Below, in pieces: positions 27,800 through 37,074 of a DNA stretch of 64,000 nucleotides; positions within the stretch are counted from its first letter, which is position 1; every line of letters begins with the position of its first letter. Under the pieces are notes generated by a model. It was given only the letters and a program-made list of their open reading frames with translations, was not told the origin of the DNA and did no database searches. The DNA is taken from the UHGV virus genome UHGV-0021788; one strand, given 5' to 3'. Source of the stretch: a virus. The position numbers and the translations under genes were made by a program.

Positions 27800-27831
27800 T
27801 CTATCATCTCCAATCCAATGTCTTTAATATT

Positions 27832-27860
27832 ATTATACTAATACTATTATTAAAAGTCAA
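27832..27860 (-). promoter_or_regulatory. Family promoter (TTGACT/TATAAT) for the FAD-protein - HEG-like - uracil permease operon.
   Basis: The rc reads TTGACTTTTAATAATAGTATTAGTATAAT. Confidence 0.7.
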
Positions 27861-27907
27861 CATTTTTATAAAAAAATAGGAAGAAAATTTCTTCCTATTT
27901 TATATTG

Positions 27908-28477
27908 TTATCTACTTGATGTTGTCCCGAAGCCACCTCTGTTTTCTGTACCTAAATCATCAGTTTCATTAAATTCAATAGATGGTGGAATCTTACATAT
28001 TTCCATTTGACATATTTTGTCACCTTTTTTAATCCATGTACCACTTATTGTTACTTTATGTCCATTTATCACAACTTTTTCAGTTTGTTTTGCCATAGTA
28101 CATTGACAAGGATACATATAGATATCATCATTGCCACAGTATGAATTATCTATTACACCAACATGATTGGTTTGTATTATTCCAAAGTTTTTAAAAGTTG
28201 AACTTCTAGGATATAATTTAGCCATATAACCTTCAGGTAATTTTAATGAAAATCCTAGAGATATCAATGCTTGACCCATATAAGGAACAAATACATCTTC
28301 ATATGCATATAAGTCTATAAAATCACCTTTTGATATTTTAAATAATTTATTAGCACCTTCCAAATATTTTATATCTACTTTTAAAGTTTCAGTATCTTCC
28401 GGAGTATTTTCTATAATATTTTCTCCTTTTGTATCTTTTAGTCCTTTGAAATATTTATTTAAATCTATATTATCCAT
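27908..28477 (-). CDS. dut: dUTPase.
   Basis: Motif 3 GVIDNSYCG and C-terminal motif 5 RGGFGTTS. Confidence 0.75.
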   Translation of the reverse strand: MDNIDLNKYFKGLKDTKGENIIENTPEDTETLKVDIKYLEGANKLFKISKGDFIDLYAYEDVFVPYMGQALISLGFSLKLPEGYMAKLYPRSSTFKNFGIIQTNHVGVIDNSYCGNDDIYMYPCQCTMAKQTEKVVINGHKVTISGTWIKKGDKICQMEICKIPPSIEFNETDDLGTENRGGFGTTSSR

Positions 28478-28719
28478 TATTCATTTTCTCCTTTTTCTTT
28501 TTCTTCTTTTTCAGTTTCTCTTATAATTGCATTAATTTTGCCTATAATTATTTCATTCATTTTTGTTAATGCATCGCTTAATTCTTCTGAATCTTCTTTA
28601 GTCATTTTTTCTTTTATATCTATTTTTTTACCATTTATTTCTAATTCATATATTTCTAATGATAAAGTACCATTCTCACCAATTAATAATTCACCTATTT
28701 GTTCTTTCACAAATATCAA
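28477..28719 (-). CDS. Hypothetical protein (acidic C-terminus).
   Basis: ORF 80 aa coupled to dut. Confidence 0.4.
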   Translation of the reverse strand: MIFVKEQIGELLIGENGTLSLEIYELEINGKKIDIKEKMTKEDSEELSDALTKMNEIIIGKINAIIRETEKEEKEKGENE

Positions 28720-28738
28720 CTCCTTACACTTTATTTAT

Positions 28739-28767
28739 ATTATACTATTATTTTTCTTTATTGTCAA
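28739..28767 (-). promoter_or_regulatory. Family promoter (TTGACA/TATAAT).
   Basis: The rc reads TTGACAATAAAGAAAAATAATAGTATAATATAAATAAAG. Confidence 0.65.
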
Positions 28768-28792
28768 GAGAAATTTTAAATTTTTTAATCAC

Positions 28793-29971
28793 CTATTTTA
28801 TATTATTTAATTTTTTATATAAACACTTATTGCATTCTTCTCCTATTTTAAGATATTTTCTAACTACGTCATCGCTAATATTCATTTTATTGGCTATGTC
28901 TATAACTTTATATTTATTATTCCATAGTTCCCATGTTTTAACACATAAACTATTTTGACTTTCTTCCCAAGCCAATTCCCAATCTACATTAGATAAATCA
29001 AAACAATCACTAAGTTCTTTTATGATGTTTTCTTTTAACCATTCTAAAGTAGAATATCTACAATCTATTACTATATAATTGTTAATATGATTCTTAGCAC
29101 ACTTATATTTAAATAAATCATTCATTTGTTCTTGTTCTAAAGTTCTACCTCTAGCACTACTTTCATAATGTTGTATCCCATTTATTTCTATTATACTATT
29201 TGTTCTAGGTAAATAAAAATCATAATAGAAATAATTTTTATCACTAAATTTTTTAGAAGATAATTCTGCTATAAAATCTTCATTTAATTGTTTTAATATG
29301 TTAGCCATAAATTTATTTGGAATACTAATTCCATCAGAACAAATTTCACAAGAAAATCTTCTTCTTACTACATTATTTAATATTTTTTTATTTTTTGATA
29401 TATTACCACAATCTAAACATTTAAAATAGTATTTTTTATCACTTCCACAAGATATATTATAACAATCTTCAAAAGTTAAATTATTTTCAGATATAGCAAT
29501 CATTTTGGCTACATTTGGATAATTATATGCTAAACTATCTTTATAATGAGTTTTTTTTCTAGCATTACAATATCCACATCTACCTCCTCTGTAAAAATGG
29601 CTACAACTTATTTCATATCCAATTTTATTACCTTCTCTGTCATAATTATGATATTCATTTTCTAAACAATATAGCCAAACTTTTTTATTTGCCTGTTTTG
29701 ATATTTCTTTTGGATTAACTTTATTCAGTTCCCAATTCCATATGTCATCTAAATTTAATCCTAATTCAATTTCTATATGATGTGCAAAACTTTCTTCATA
29801 TCTAAAAGGATGTTTTATTTCACCTTTTTTAAAACTTCCATAACTTTTATTATAATTTATAGTATTATCTTCAAATTGAACATCTATATCCTCATAACAT
29901 CTATAAGTTATAATCGTCATTTTTTCTCCTTGTGTATTTAGATTTGTTTCTCCAGTTCTGTCTTTTTTCAT
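28793..29971 (-). CDS. Free-standing homing-endonuclease-like gene, family B (N-terminal module, Cys-rich zinc-binding region, Vsr-like/DUF559-like nuclease core).
   Basis: YDFYLPRTNSIIEINGIQHYE core; CxxC pairs. Paralogs at 31745 and 41528. Confidence 0.5.
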   Translation of the reverse strand: MKKDRTGETNLNTQGEKMTIITYRCYEDIDVQFEDNTINYNKSYGSFKKGEIKHPFRYEESFAHHIEIELGLNLDDIWNWELNKVNPKEISKQANKKVWLYCLENEYHNYDREGNKIGYEISCSHFYRGGRCGYCNARKKTHYKDSLAYNYPNVAKMIAISENNLTFEDCYNISCGSDKKYYFKCLDCGNISKNKKILNNVVRRRFSCEICSDGISIPNKFMANILKQLNEDFIAELSSKKFSDKNYFYYDFYLPRTNSIIEINGIQHYESSARGRTLEQEQMNDLFKYKCAKNHINNYIVIDCRYSTLEWLKENIIKELSDCFDLSNVDWELAWEESQNSLCVKTWELWNNKYKVIDIANKMNISDDVVRKYLKIGEECNKCLYKKLNNIK

Positions 29972-29972
29972 T

Positions 29973-30485
29973 TTAAACCTCTCTTTTCATTTTCTTATAC
30001 ATATATAAACCAGTCACAATAGCATCGTAAATATCACTTGTTTTTTCTATTTCTTTTGTTTGTTTATCACTATATTCTCCAATATCTATATAATTTTCTC
30101 TGATATAATTTGCTACTCTTTCTTTTGTAGCATTACCTACACCAATTACCCCTTTTCTTATTGTTGATGGCATATATACACCAATTACAATATTTTTTTT
30201 ATATGACATTAATGCTTGGCATACAAACCCACATAATCTTGCTAACAAAGTAGATGTCTTTGGGTTTACACCAGTATAAGTATTTTCTATTGCTACATAA
30301 GATATATCATATTTTTCAGCTAATTCTTTTAATGTATTTGCTATATAATGCATTCTTTTTTCATCTGACCTATTAAAATCAGATGATTTAGTGCATATTT
30401 TTCCACAATATATAATTTCATCATCATTTAATATCGCAAAACCTGTTGAGCTTAATGATAAGTCTAAAGATAATATTTTTTTCAT
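29973..30485 (-). CDS. RuvC-like Holliday junction resolvase.
   Basis: N-terminal ILSLDLSLSSTGFAIL (RuvC D-x-G-x-x-x-TG motif). 170 aa. Confidence 0.65.
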   Translation of the reverse strand: MKKILSLDLSLSSTGFAILNDDEIIYCGKICTKSSDFNRSDEKRMHYIANTLKELAEKYDISYVAIENTYTGVNPKTSTLLARLCGFVCQALMSYKKNIVIGVYMPSTIRKGVIGVGNATKERVANYIRENYIDIGEYSDKQTKEIEKTSDIYDAIVTGLYMYKKMKREV

Positions 30486-30644
30486 CTATTCATTTTCACC
30501 TTCTTTAGTATAGTAATATTCTTTTTCTAATAGAAATATTATTAAAGAAGATGTTTTTTTGCCATATTTTTCACATAATTCATCAAGTATTTTTTCTTCT
30601 CTTTCATTTACTCTAAATGAAATGGTTCTACTTTTATTACTCAA
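30486..30644 (-). CDS. Small ribbon-helix-helix (CopG/Arc-like) regulator. TTG start; the stop overlaps the ruvC-like start.
   Basis: SNKSRTISFRVNEREEKILDELCEKYGKKTSSLI RHH pattern. RBS GGAGAG 8 nt upstream. Confidence 0.5.
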   Translation of the reverse strand: MSNKSRTISFRVNEREEKILDELCEKYGKKTSSLIIFLLEKEYYYTKEGENE

Positions 30645-30668
30645 AATATTCACTCTCCATATAATTTG

Positions 30669-30711
30669 TTATAATGTAATACAAAATATTATAAAATGTA
30701 TTACATTATAA
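30669..30711. promoter_or_regulatory. Perfect 14-bp inverted repeat (TTATAATGTAATAC-15 nt-GTATTACATTATAA), an operator-like palindrome upstream of the RHH gene.
   Basis: Arms 30669-30682 and 30698-30711. It overlaps TATAAT-like hexamers. Confidence 0.6.
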
Positions 30712-30729
30712 CTATAAGACTATTATGTT

Positions 30730-31371
30730 TTATTTTTTCTTTGTTTTCTTATTTTTACTTTCCTCGCATTCTTTAATATGTTTATTTATTATAACTTCTA
30801 CTTCTCTAATTGCTTCATCTAATCGACCATTATTATTTTTTATTTCATTATATACAGTATGAACTCTAAAAGGCATAAAACGTTCATAGTCATCTTTTAA
30901 TCTTCTATCAACTTCTGCTTCTAAATCACCTCTAGCTAATGCTCTAGCTTTTATTTCTTCTTGTGGAGCAGTTATAAATATTGGAACTATCTTATTATTA
31001 CCTACATATGCTTTAAGTTCTTTAAAACCAATTGAATCAACTATAACTATTAAATAATCATCTTTTTCCAATTCTGCTCTTTCTATACCATATCTCCAAG
31101 TCGCATCTTTTTCTATACCATTTTCTTCTATTTTAGTATGATATGCTCTTTGTTCAACAAAATCTGTTCCTCTTTCAAAAAAATCTTTATCATTAATAAA
31201 ATAATATTCTACACCTTCTGTTTCACCATTTCTCATAGGTCTAGTTGTTGTACTAATTATTGGTTTAACCATATCTAAATCTTTTAATATTTGTTTTAAT
31301 ATAGTATCTTTACCAGAACTACAATATCCGAGTAATGCGAATATTTTCTTAGCTTTTACATTTCTACTCAT
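30730..31371 (-). CDS. Guanylate-kinase-family nucleotide kinase (GMP/dNMP kinase).
   Basis: P-loop GYCSSGKDT. ISTTTRPMRNGETEGVEYYFI matches the Gmk substrate-binding motif. Confidence 0.6.
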   Translation of the reverse strand: MSRNVKAKKIFALLGYCSSGKDTILKQILKDLDMVKPIISTTTRPMRNGETEGVEYYFINDKDFFERGTDFVEQRAYHTKIEENGIEKDATWRYGIERAELEKDDYLIVIVDSIGFKELKAYVGNNKIVPIFITAPQEEIKARALARGDLEAEVDRRLKDDYERFMPFRVHTVYNEIKNNNGRLDEAIREVEVIINKHIKECEESKNKKTKKK

Positions 31372-31400
31372 TTACATCTCTCCTTTATTCATTTACTTAT

Positions 31401-31429
31401 ATTATACTAATGTTCTTATTAAAAGTCAA
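31401..31429 (-). promoter_or_regulatory. Family promoter upstream of the kinase gene.
   Basis: The rc reads TTGACTTTTAATAAGAACATTAGTATAATATAAGTAAAT. Confidence 0.75.
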
Positions 31430-31647
31430 TTATTTTCTTCCCATTTTGTATTTTTATAATCTGCTTCTATTTTTTCTAATACTTCATCAACTGTTAATTC
31501 ACCACTTACACCTTTACTTAAAGAAAATAACATTGAACAATAATCATATATTGGACAAAATTCTTCACATTGCATGATTGTGTCGCATGGTAAATTAGAA
31601 AAATCAATTAATAATTCACTTAATTCTAAGAGTTTCTTTTCATCCAT
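31426..31647 (-). CDS. Hypothetical small protein.
   Basis: ORF 73 aa. Confidence 0.4.
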   Translation of the reverse strand: MDEKKLLELSELLIDFSNLPCDTIMQCEEFCPIYDYCSMLFSLSKGVSGELTVDEVLEKIEADYKNTKWEENN

Positions 31648-31668
31648 ATTATCAACTCCTTTACTTAT

Positions 31669-31697
31669 ATTATACTATTGATATTATTAAAAGTCAA
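31669..31697 (-). promoter_or_regulatory. Family promoter.
   Basis: The rc reads TTGACTTTTAATAATATCAATAGTATAATATAAGTAA. Confidence 0.75.
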
Positions 31698-31700
31698 TAT

Positions 31701-31737
31701 AAAAAGAAAAAACCTAGATAAATTATTTATCTAGGTT
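31701..31737 (-). terminator. Rho-independent terminator after HEG 31745..33175.
   Basis: 12-bp stem AACCTAGATAAA/TTTATCTAGGTT with a T-run on the - strand. Confidence 0.7.
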
Positions 31738-31744
31738 TTAAATT

Positions 31745-33175
31745 TTAACTACATTTAGTAATTTTATATCCTTCGTATTTTGATATAATACTTCTTTTAG
31801 ATTTAGAAAAATTTGAAGAATATATTATAAATCCTTTTTTTGCAATATTATTATAATAAGTATCTTTTGATATATTTAATAATTTACACAATTCTGTTAA
31901 TGTTATTTTAGTTTTATTATTTTTTAAATCAATCAGATATAATGTTAATTCTTTAAATTTACCCTTTTCCTTTTGACTATCTACATCATATTTTATATTA
32001 TTTGAATCATTACCATCTTTTAAATACTTTCTTATAGTATGTCTATCTAATTTTAATAATTGACATATCTCACTTATACTTTTTCCATTTTTCCATAAGT
32101 CCCAAGTTTCAACACATAAACTTTTCTGAGAATTTTTCCATATTAAATTCCAATCTAAAATACTTAAATCGTATAAATATTTTAAATTGGAATTTAATAT
32201 TTTCATTTTTATATAATTAAAAGTATTACAATTATATTCTTTAGAATCCATCAAATCTACTCTTATGACATATATCTCATGCTCTAAGCATTTCTTATCT
32301 TTCCAACTATCTATTTCTTTTCTTTTATTTTTATGATTATCTTTATATTCTGCATCCATTTCTATAGCAATTTTTAAATGTTTATCATATCCGTCTAATC
32401 TTTTATTTTCCAACCATATTGGAGAATATTCAAATTCTAAATCTAAATTAAGTTGTTCTGATATTTGTCTTAAAATTTTATTTGGTAAACTTATTCCATC
32501 TGAACAATATTCACAATGATGATTTTGAAGCATAACACTACTCAATTCTTTCTTATTATTTGATATTTTATTACACTTATCACATTTAAAATAAAACTTT
32601 TTATTACTTTGACAAGCTATATTATAACAATCATCAAAAGTTAAATTATTCTCAGATATAGCAATCATTTTGGCTATATTTGGATAATTGTAAGCTAAAC
32701 TATCTTTATAATGAATCTTTCTTCTATTACAATATCCACATCTATGACCTCTGCAAAATCGACTTGGTTTAGTTTTATATCCTATTTTATCACCCTCTTT
32801 ATTGTAGTTATGACAATTATATTCTAAACAATACAACCATATTTCCTTATCACTCCCAAAAGAAATAAAATAAGGATTTATATTATTTTCATTATTCTTT
32901 TCCCAATTCCAAATATCATCTAAATTTAATCCTAATTCAACTTCTATATGATAAGCAAAACTTTTTTCATAACAGCCACAACAATTCCTACATTTATTTA
33001 TATATTTATTAAAACTATCCAATCTAATAATTAACTCATTATCACAATACAAATGTGTTACATTCACTTTAATTCTATCTTTTCCATTCTCTTTTAGTTT
33101 AATAGAATAATTATATTTAAAAGTATTATATTGTTCAACTTTATTTTTATGATTTTCATTATAATATTTTACCAT
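31745..33175 (-). CDS. Family B homing-endonuclease-like protein with C-terminal tandem HTH extensions.
   Basis: DGYDKHLKIAIEMDAEYK core. Cys-rich region shared with 28793 and 41528. HTH-like segments ITLTELCKLLNISKDTYYNNIAKKG. Confidence 0.5.
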   Translation of the reverse strand: MVKYYNENHKNKVEQYNTFKYNYSIKLKENGKDRIKVNVTHLYCDNELIIRLDSFNKYINKCRNCCGCYEKSFAYHIEVELGLNLDDIWNWEKNNENNINPYFISFGSDKEIWLYCLEYNCHNYNKEGDKIGYKTKPSRFCRGHRCGYCNRRKIHYKDSLAYNYPNIAKMIAISENNLTFDDCYNIACQSNKKFYFKCDKCNKISNNKKELSSVMLQNHHCEYCSDGISLPNKILRQISEQLNLDLEFEYSPIWLENKRLDGYDKHLKIAIEMDAEYKDNHKNKRKEIDSWKDKKCLEHEIYVIRVDLMDSKEYNCNTFNYIKMKILNSNLKYLYDLSILDWNLIWKNSQKSLCVETWDLWKNGKSISEICQLLKLDRHTIRKYLKDGNDSNNIKYDVDSQKEKGKFKELTLYLIDLKNNKTKITLTELCKLLNISKDTYYNNIAKKGFIIYSSNFSKSKRSIISKYEGYKITKCS

Positions 33176-33268
33176 TATTTACCACCTCGTTTATATTATA
33201 AGACTTGGTGGTTATAAATAATGGTAAAATATGTAATTAAAGGTGTATATATTTATTATATAATATAT

Positions 33269-35686
33269 CTATTCACATTTACTCCAAGAGCATGCACCAC
33301 ATTGAATGCATCCTCCCACGTAGGATAACTCTTCATAGCACACTGGACATCTACTGAATCTTTGAGCAAATGCAACTTCTCCATACTCATTTATAAAATC
33401 TAATTCTTCTTTAGTAAATATTTCATGTTTACTTAATTTATATTCTTCTTTTTTTTCTTTAACTACTTCCATAGTTTCCTTTTTATCATAATATCCTAAT
33501 AATCGAAGCTCTTCTAAACAATCATTTTTTAAATCCTTTTCAACATCCAATAACATATGCAATATTGCAGAACCACAAGAATTTCCTTTTGATACTATTT
33601 GTCCTTTTGCTCTTGCTCTTGCAAATGAACTACAGTTACCCGCTCCTTCATAGCTCTTCTCTAAACTTTGAAGCGAACCTCCAGTTCTAATAAGGTTAGA
33701 TATTGTTATAGCTATATTTTGTATGCTTAAAGAACATCCACCTTTAGCTGAATTCGTTACATATACATCAAATACTCTCTTTTCACTAGGTATAATAGTT
33801 ATATGTAATGTCATTTTTCCACATCCACTATATATTTTTCTAGGTATTTCTATACATCCTTGAGGTTTAACTTCCCATTCACCACGTTTTAATTCATGAG
33901 GTTTTTCGTCCTCTTTAGTATTCTCATTAGTTAATAATATACCTTGTCTTACTTCATTAGGTCTAAATACAGTACATCCTTTTATTCCTCTTTTCCAACA
34001 TTCCATATAAACATCTTTCATTTCTTCAAAAGGGTATTCTGTTGGTATGTTAATGGTCTTACTACAACTCATATCTGTATGAAAGGCTATTGTAGATAAT
34101 ATATCTAAATGACTTTTAACACTCAATTCCATAGATGTTTTAAATACATCTTTATTTACTATATTATCTTCATTATTAAATTCTAACCATTCTCCATAAG
34201 CATAATCTCTCATTTTATATATTCTTTCATGTTCTTCGTCTTGACCTCCAACTTTTATCTTCCTATCATATTCTAAAGAAAATATAGGTTCAAGACCACT
34301 TGAGCAGTTATTTCCATATGATAAAGATAAAGTTCCGGTAGGAGCGATTGATACAAGTCTAGCGTTTCTAATACCATCTTTTAATATTTTTTCTTTTATA
34401 TTATTCCATTTTGAATTTCTTTCAATATGTTTTTTTATAAAATTACTTTCTACAAATTTCTCTCTATCTAAAAAATTAAATGAACCTTTTTCTTTAGCAA
34501 GATTACAACTTTCATCATAAGCAGTATATACTATAAAATCCATTAATTCATCGGTTAATTGAATTGATTCTTCATCACCATACTCTAAACCTAGCATAAC
34601 AAATAAATCTGCCAATCCAGTTATTCCTAATCCTATTGTTCTTATATTTTTTTGATAATTAGCATAATTTTCTAATGGATAATTATTAATATCTATTATA
34701 TCATCCAATAATCTTACCCCTACTCTAATAGCTTTTTCAAGTTTATTCATATTGATTCCAGCTTCTTTAGTAAATGGATTTTCAACAAAGTTATGCAAGA
34801 ATAAACTACCTAAATTACAAGCCCCAAAATAATCGTATCTAGCTTTACCATCTAAAGTAATAACACCACTAAGATATTCACCGCATGGATTTGTTGTTAC
34901 TATTTTTTCCATATACTTTAAATTATTATCTTTATTCATATTGTCATAATATAATACTCCATATTCTCCAGTATTATATGCTTTTTCCATTATTAAATTC
35001 CATAACTCTCTCGCATTAACCTCTTTTTTTACATTCCATTCATCTTCGTTATATATAAAATCACCATTTTCCGTCATACAAGGGTATCTTAAATATATGT
35101 TTCCGTCTTTTTCTACGGCTTCCATAAATTTATCATCGACTAAAAATGATAAATTAAAATGTGTTAACTTACCTTCATCCCAAGATTTACTTTCTAAAAA
35201 TTCATAAATATCAGGATGATATATACAAAGACAGCCCATGTTAGCACCTCTACGTGAACCTTGTAAAACTGTATGAGTTTGTGCATCAAATGCATTCATA
35301 AAAGATACTACTCCACTAGCTATAGCTTCATTAGAAGTTGGAGTACCATTAGGTCTTAATAGTGAGAAATTATATCCTGTTCCTCCACCAGCTTTTTGAG
35401 TTATAGCACCATATTTTACAAAATTAAATATTCCTTCCATTGAATCAGGTACAAAATTTAAAGAAAAACAATTATTTAATGTTAATGATTTTCCTATTCC
35501 ACTATTACTCATTGTTCTACCAGCTGGATAAAATAATCCATCTATCATTACATCATAAAAATCTTGTTTTTCTTTATCTGTTGAACCTATATAATCAGCT
35601 ACTCTTCTTAACTGTTCTTCAAAAGTTTCATCATGTTTTCTATATCTATCATTCCATATTTCTTTAGAAATCAAATTATTTATCAT
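33269..35686 (-). CDS. Ribonucleotide reductase, class II (adenosylcobalamin-dependent, NrdJ-like) with a C-terminal Cys-rich tail.
   Basis: Active-site TTNPCGEY loop. C-terminus CPVCY..CIQCGACS. 805 aa. Confidence 0.6.
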   Translation of the reverse strand: MINNLISKEIWNDRYRKHDETFEEQLRRVADYIGSTDKEKQDFYDVMIDGLFYPAGRTMSNSGIGKSLTLNNCFSLNFVPDSMEGIFNFVKYGAITQKAGGGTGYNFSLLRPNGTPTSNEAIASGVVSFMNAFDAQTHTVLQGSRRGANMGCLCIYHPDIYEFLESKSWDEGKLTHFNLSFLVDDKFMEAVEKDGNIYLRYPCMTENGDFIYNEDEWNVKKEVNARELWNLIMEKAYNTGEYGVLYYDNMNKDNNLKYMEKIVTTNPCGEYLSGVITLDGKARYDYFGACNLGSLFLHNFVENPFTKEAGINMNKLEKAIRVGVRLLDDIIDINNYPLENYANYQKNIRTIGLGITGLADLFVMLGLEYGDEESIQLTDELMDFIVYTAYDESCNLAKEKGSFNFLDREKFVESNFIKKHIERNSKWNNIKEKILKDGIRNARLVSIAPTGTLSLSYGNNCSSGLEPIFSLEYDRKIKVGGQDEEHERIYKMRDYAYGEWLEFNNEDNIVNKDVFKTSMELSVKSHLDILSTIAFHTDMSCSKTINIPTEYPFEEMKDVYMECWKRGIKGCTVFRPNEVRQGILLTNENTKEDEKPHELKRGEWEVKPQGCIEIPRKIYSGCGKMTLHITIIPSEKRVFDVYVTNSAKGGCSLSIQNIAITISNLIRTGGSLQSLEKSYEGAGNCSSFARARAKGQIVSKGNSCGSAILHMLLDVEKDLKNDCLEELRLLGYYDKKETMEVVKEKKEEYKLSKHEIFTKEELDFINEYGEVAFAQRFSRCPVCYEELSYVGGCIQCGACSWSKCE

Positions 35687-35910
35687 ATTATCTCTCCTTT
35701 TTAATTTAATATAACCACTATATATTGTGTAGCATATAAAAAATAAGACACTATATATTGTATTTTTAACCCCTAACCTTAATAAAAATGAATCAATTAA
35801 TATTTATAAAATTTCATGAATTGATATAATGTTAAAGTTTGTTGTTTTTCTAATGAAGCTAATATATTATTCATAATTCATCTCTCCTTTATTAAGATTA
35901 TTTTAATTAT

Positions 35911-35939
35911 ATTATACTAATATTATTTATAAAAATCAA
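35911..35939 (-). promoter_or_regulatory. Family promoter (TTGATT/TATAAT) upstream of a tiny ORF and nrd.
   Basis: The rc reads TTGATTTTTATAAATAATATTAGTATAATATAATTAA. Confidence 0.6.
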
Positions 35940-35982
35940 TAAAACAAATGTATATTTTTAAAATCTTTTGATAATAATATTA

Positions 35983-36069
35983 GTATCAAAGAGTTGTCAA
36001 CGTGCTTTCATGATAAACCTATCGCCTTTTTACCAACTGACTAATTGTAAATTTGACAACTCTTTGATA
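35983..36069 (-). terminator. Long hairpin (17-bp perfect stem, 53-nt loop) right after the kinase-HD gene. It may be a terminator or a regulatory structure.
   Basis: TATCAAAGAGTTGTCAA ... TTGACAACTCTTTGATA, followed by a T-rich tract on the - strand. Confidence 0.45.
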
Positions 36070-36072
36070 GAA

Positions 36073-37074
36073 TTATTTTGCTGAATTATCTGCATTATCT
36101 AAAGTCAATAGTCTAGCATAATTTAAATATCCAATTTTTCTAACCAATTTTTCAGATGAATATCCATTTTTTAATATCATATGGTTATTTATTAACCAAG
36201 CTATATCCATAATATCTCTATCACAAAGTTTAGTATATTTTATTAATACATCTATAACATCATAAGCTGACATATTCTCATGATTATAATAATGGCAATG
36301 TCTACCTTCTTCGTCTTCTGTTTTTGCTATTGGTTTACTTATGTCATGCAACATAGAAGCTATTAATAAATTTTCATCAAGTTTACTAACTTCTTTAATT
36401 TTCTTATAACAAAAATACATATGTTTACTTAAGGATAAATTGTGCCATTTACTATCTTGTGGCATTTCTATGCAATTGCTTAAGCTTAATTCAATTAATA
36501 AATTAATGTATTCTTTATAATCATCACATTTAATAAATCTTTCTTTATCCATACCTAAGCCAATTTTTCTTCTATTATCAATATATAATTTTGTTTTATT
36601 ATCATAATCTATAATAATTTCATCAAACCCTTCACATTTATGTGGTATTTCTATATTTTTATACATTCTTTCTACAACTTCATTAGGAACTTCTCTATCT
36701 CTTGCTTCATTATCTATAATACAATTTGTTAAATTCTTATATTTAAATAAACAAATTACTTTAGAATAATATTTTTTCATTTCTTTTAATAAGGCTCTTC
36801 TACGTTTGCTAGATATATTTGTAGCTTCATATATAGTCACATAACCTTTAGATAAACTCTTTTTTGTTCTTTTCCTCATCATTTCAAATACTTCTTTATT
36901 TTTGCTTTGGTCTTCTATGTCATTTAATAATTCTTTTCTAATTTCATCTGATGATATAACTTCTATATTTTTATCTTTATTTTCTTCTATATAATTTTTA
37001 ACCCAAGATGTTTTTCCACTTCCAGGTATACCAACTGCAACAATTAGAATTCCTTGCAATTTTCTTCCACCCAC
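36073..37074 (-). CDS. P-loop polynucleotide-kinase-like domain fused to an HD phosphohydrolase domain (putative RNA 5'-kinase / 2',3'-cyclic phosphodiesterase end-healing enzyme).
   Basis: Walker A VGIPGSGKTSW. HD motif ASMLHDISKP...H..H. Overlaps and is co-oriented with the RNA ligase gene. Confidence 0.5.
   Translation of the reverse strand: MGGRKLQGILIVAVGIPGSGKTSWVKNYIEENKDKNIEVISSDEIRKELLNDIEDQSKNKEVFEMMRKRTKKSLSKGYVTIYEATNISSKRRRALLKEMKKYYSKVICLFKYKNLTNCIIDNEARDREVPNEVVERMYKNIEIPHKCEGFDEIIIDYDNKTKLYIDNRRKIGLGMDKERFIKCDDYKEYINLLIELSLSNCIEMPQDSKWHNLSLSKHMYFCYKKIKEVSKLDENLLIASMLHDISKPIAKTEDEEGRHCHYYNHENMSAYDVIDVLIKYTKLCDRDIMDIAWLINNHMILKNGYSSEKLVRKIGYLNYARLLTLDNADNSAK

Noticed and set aside
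35983-36069. Possible tRNA (an AGTTGGTA D-loop-like motif sits in the loop).
   Set aside because: A 17-bp stem and 53-nt loop are incompatible with a cloverleaf. No acceptor/T-arm geometry.
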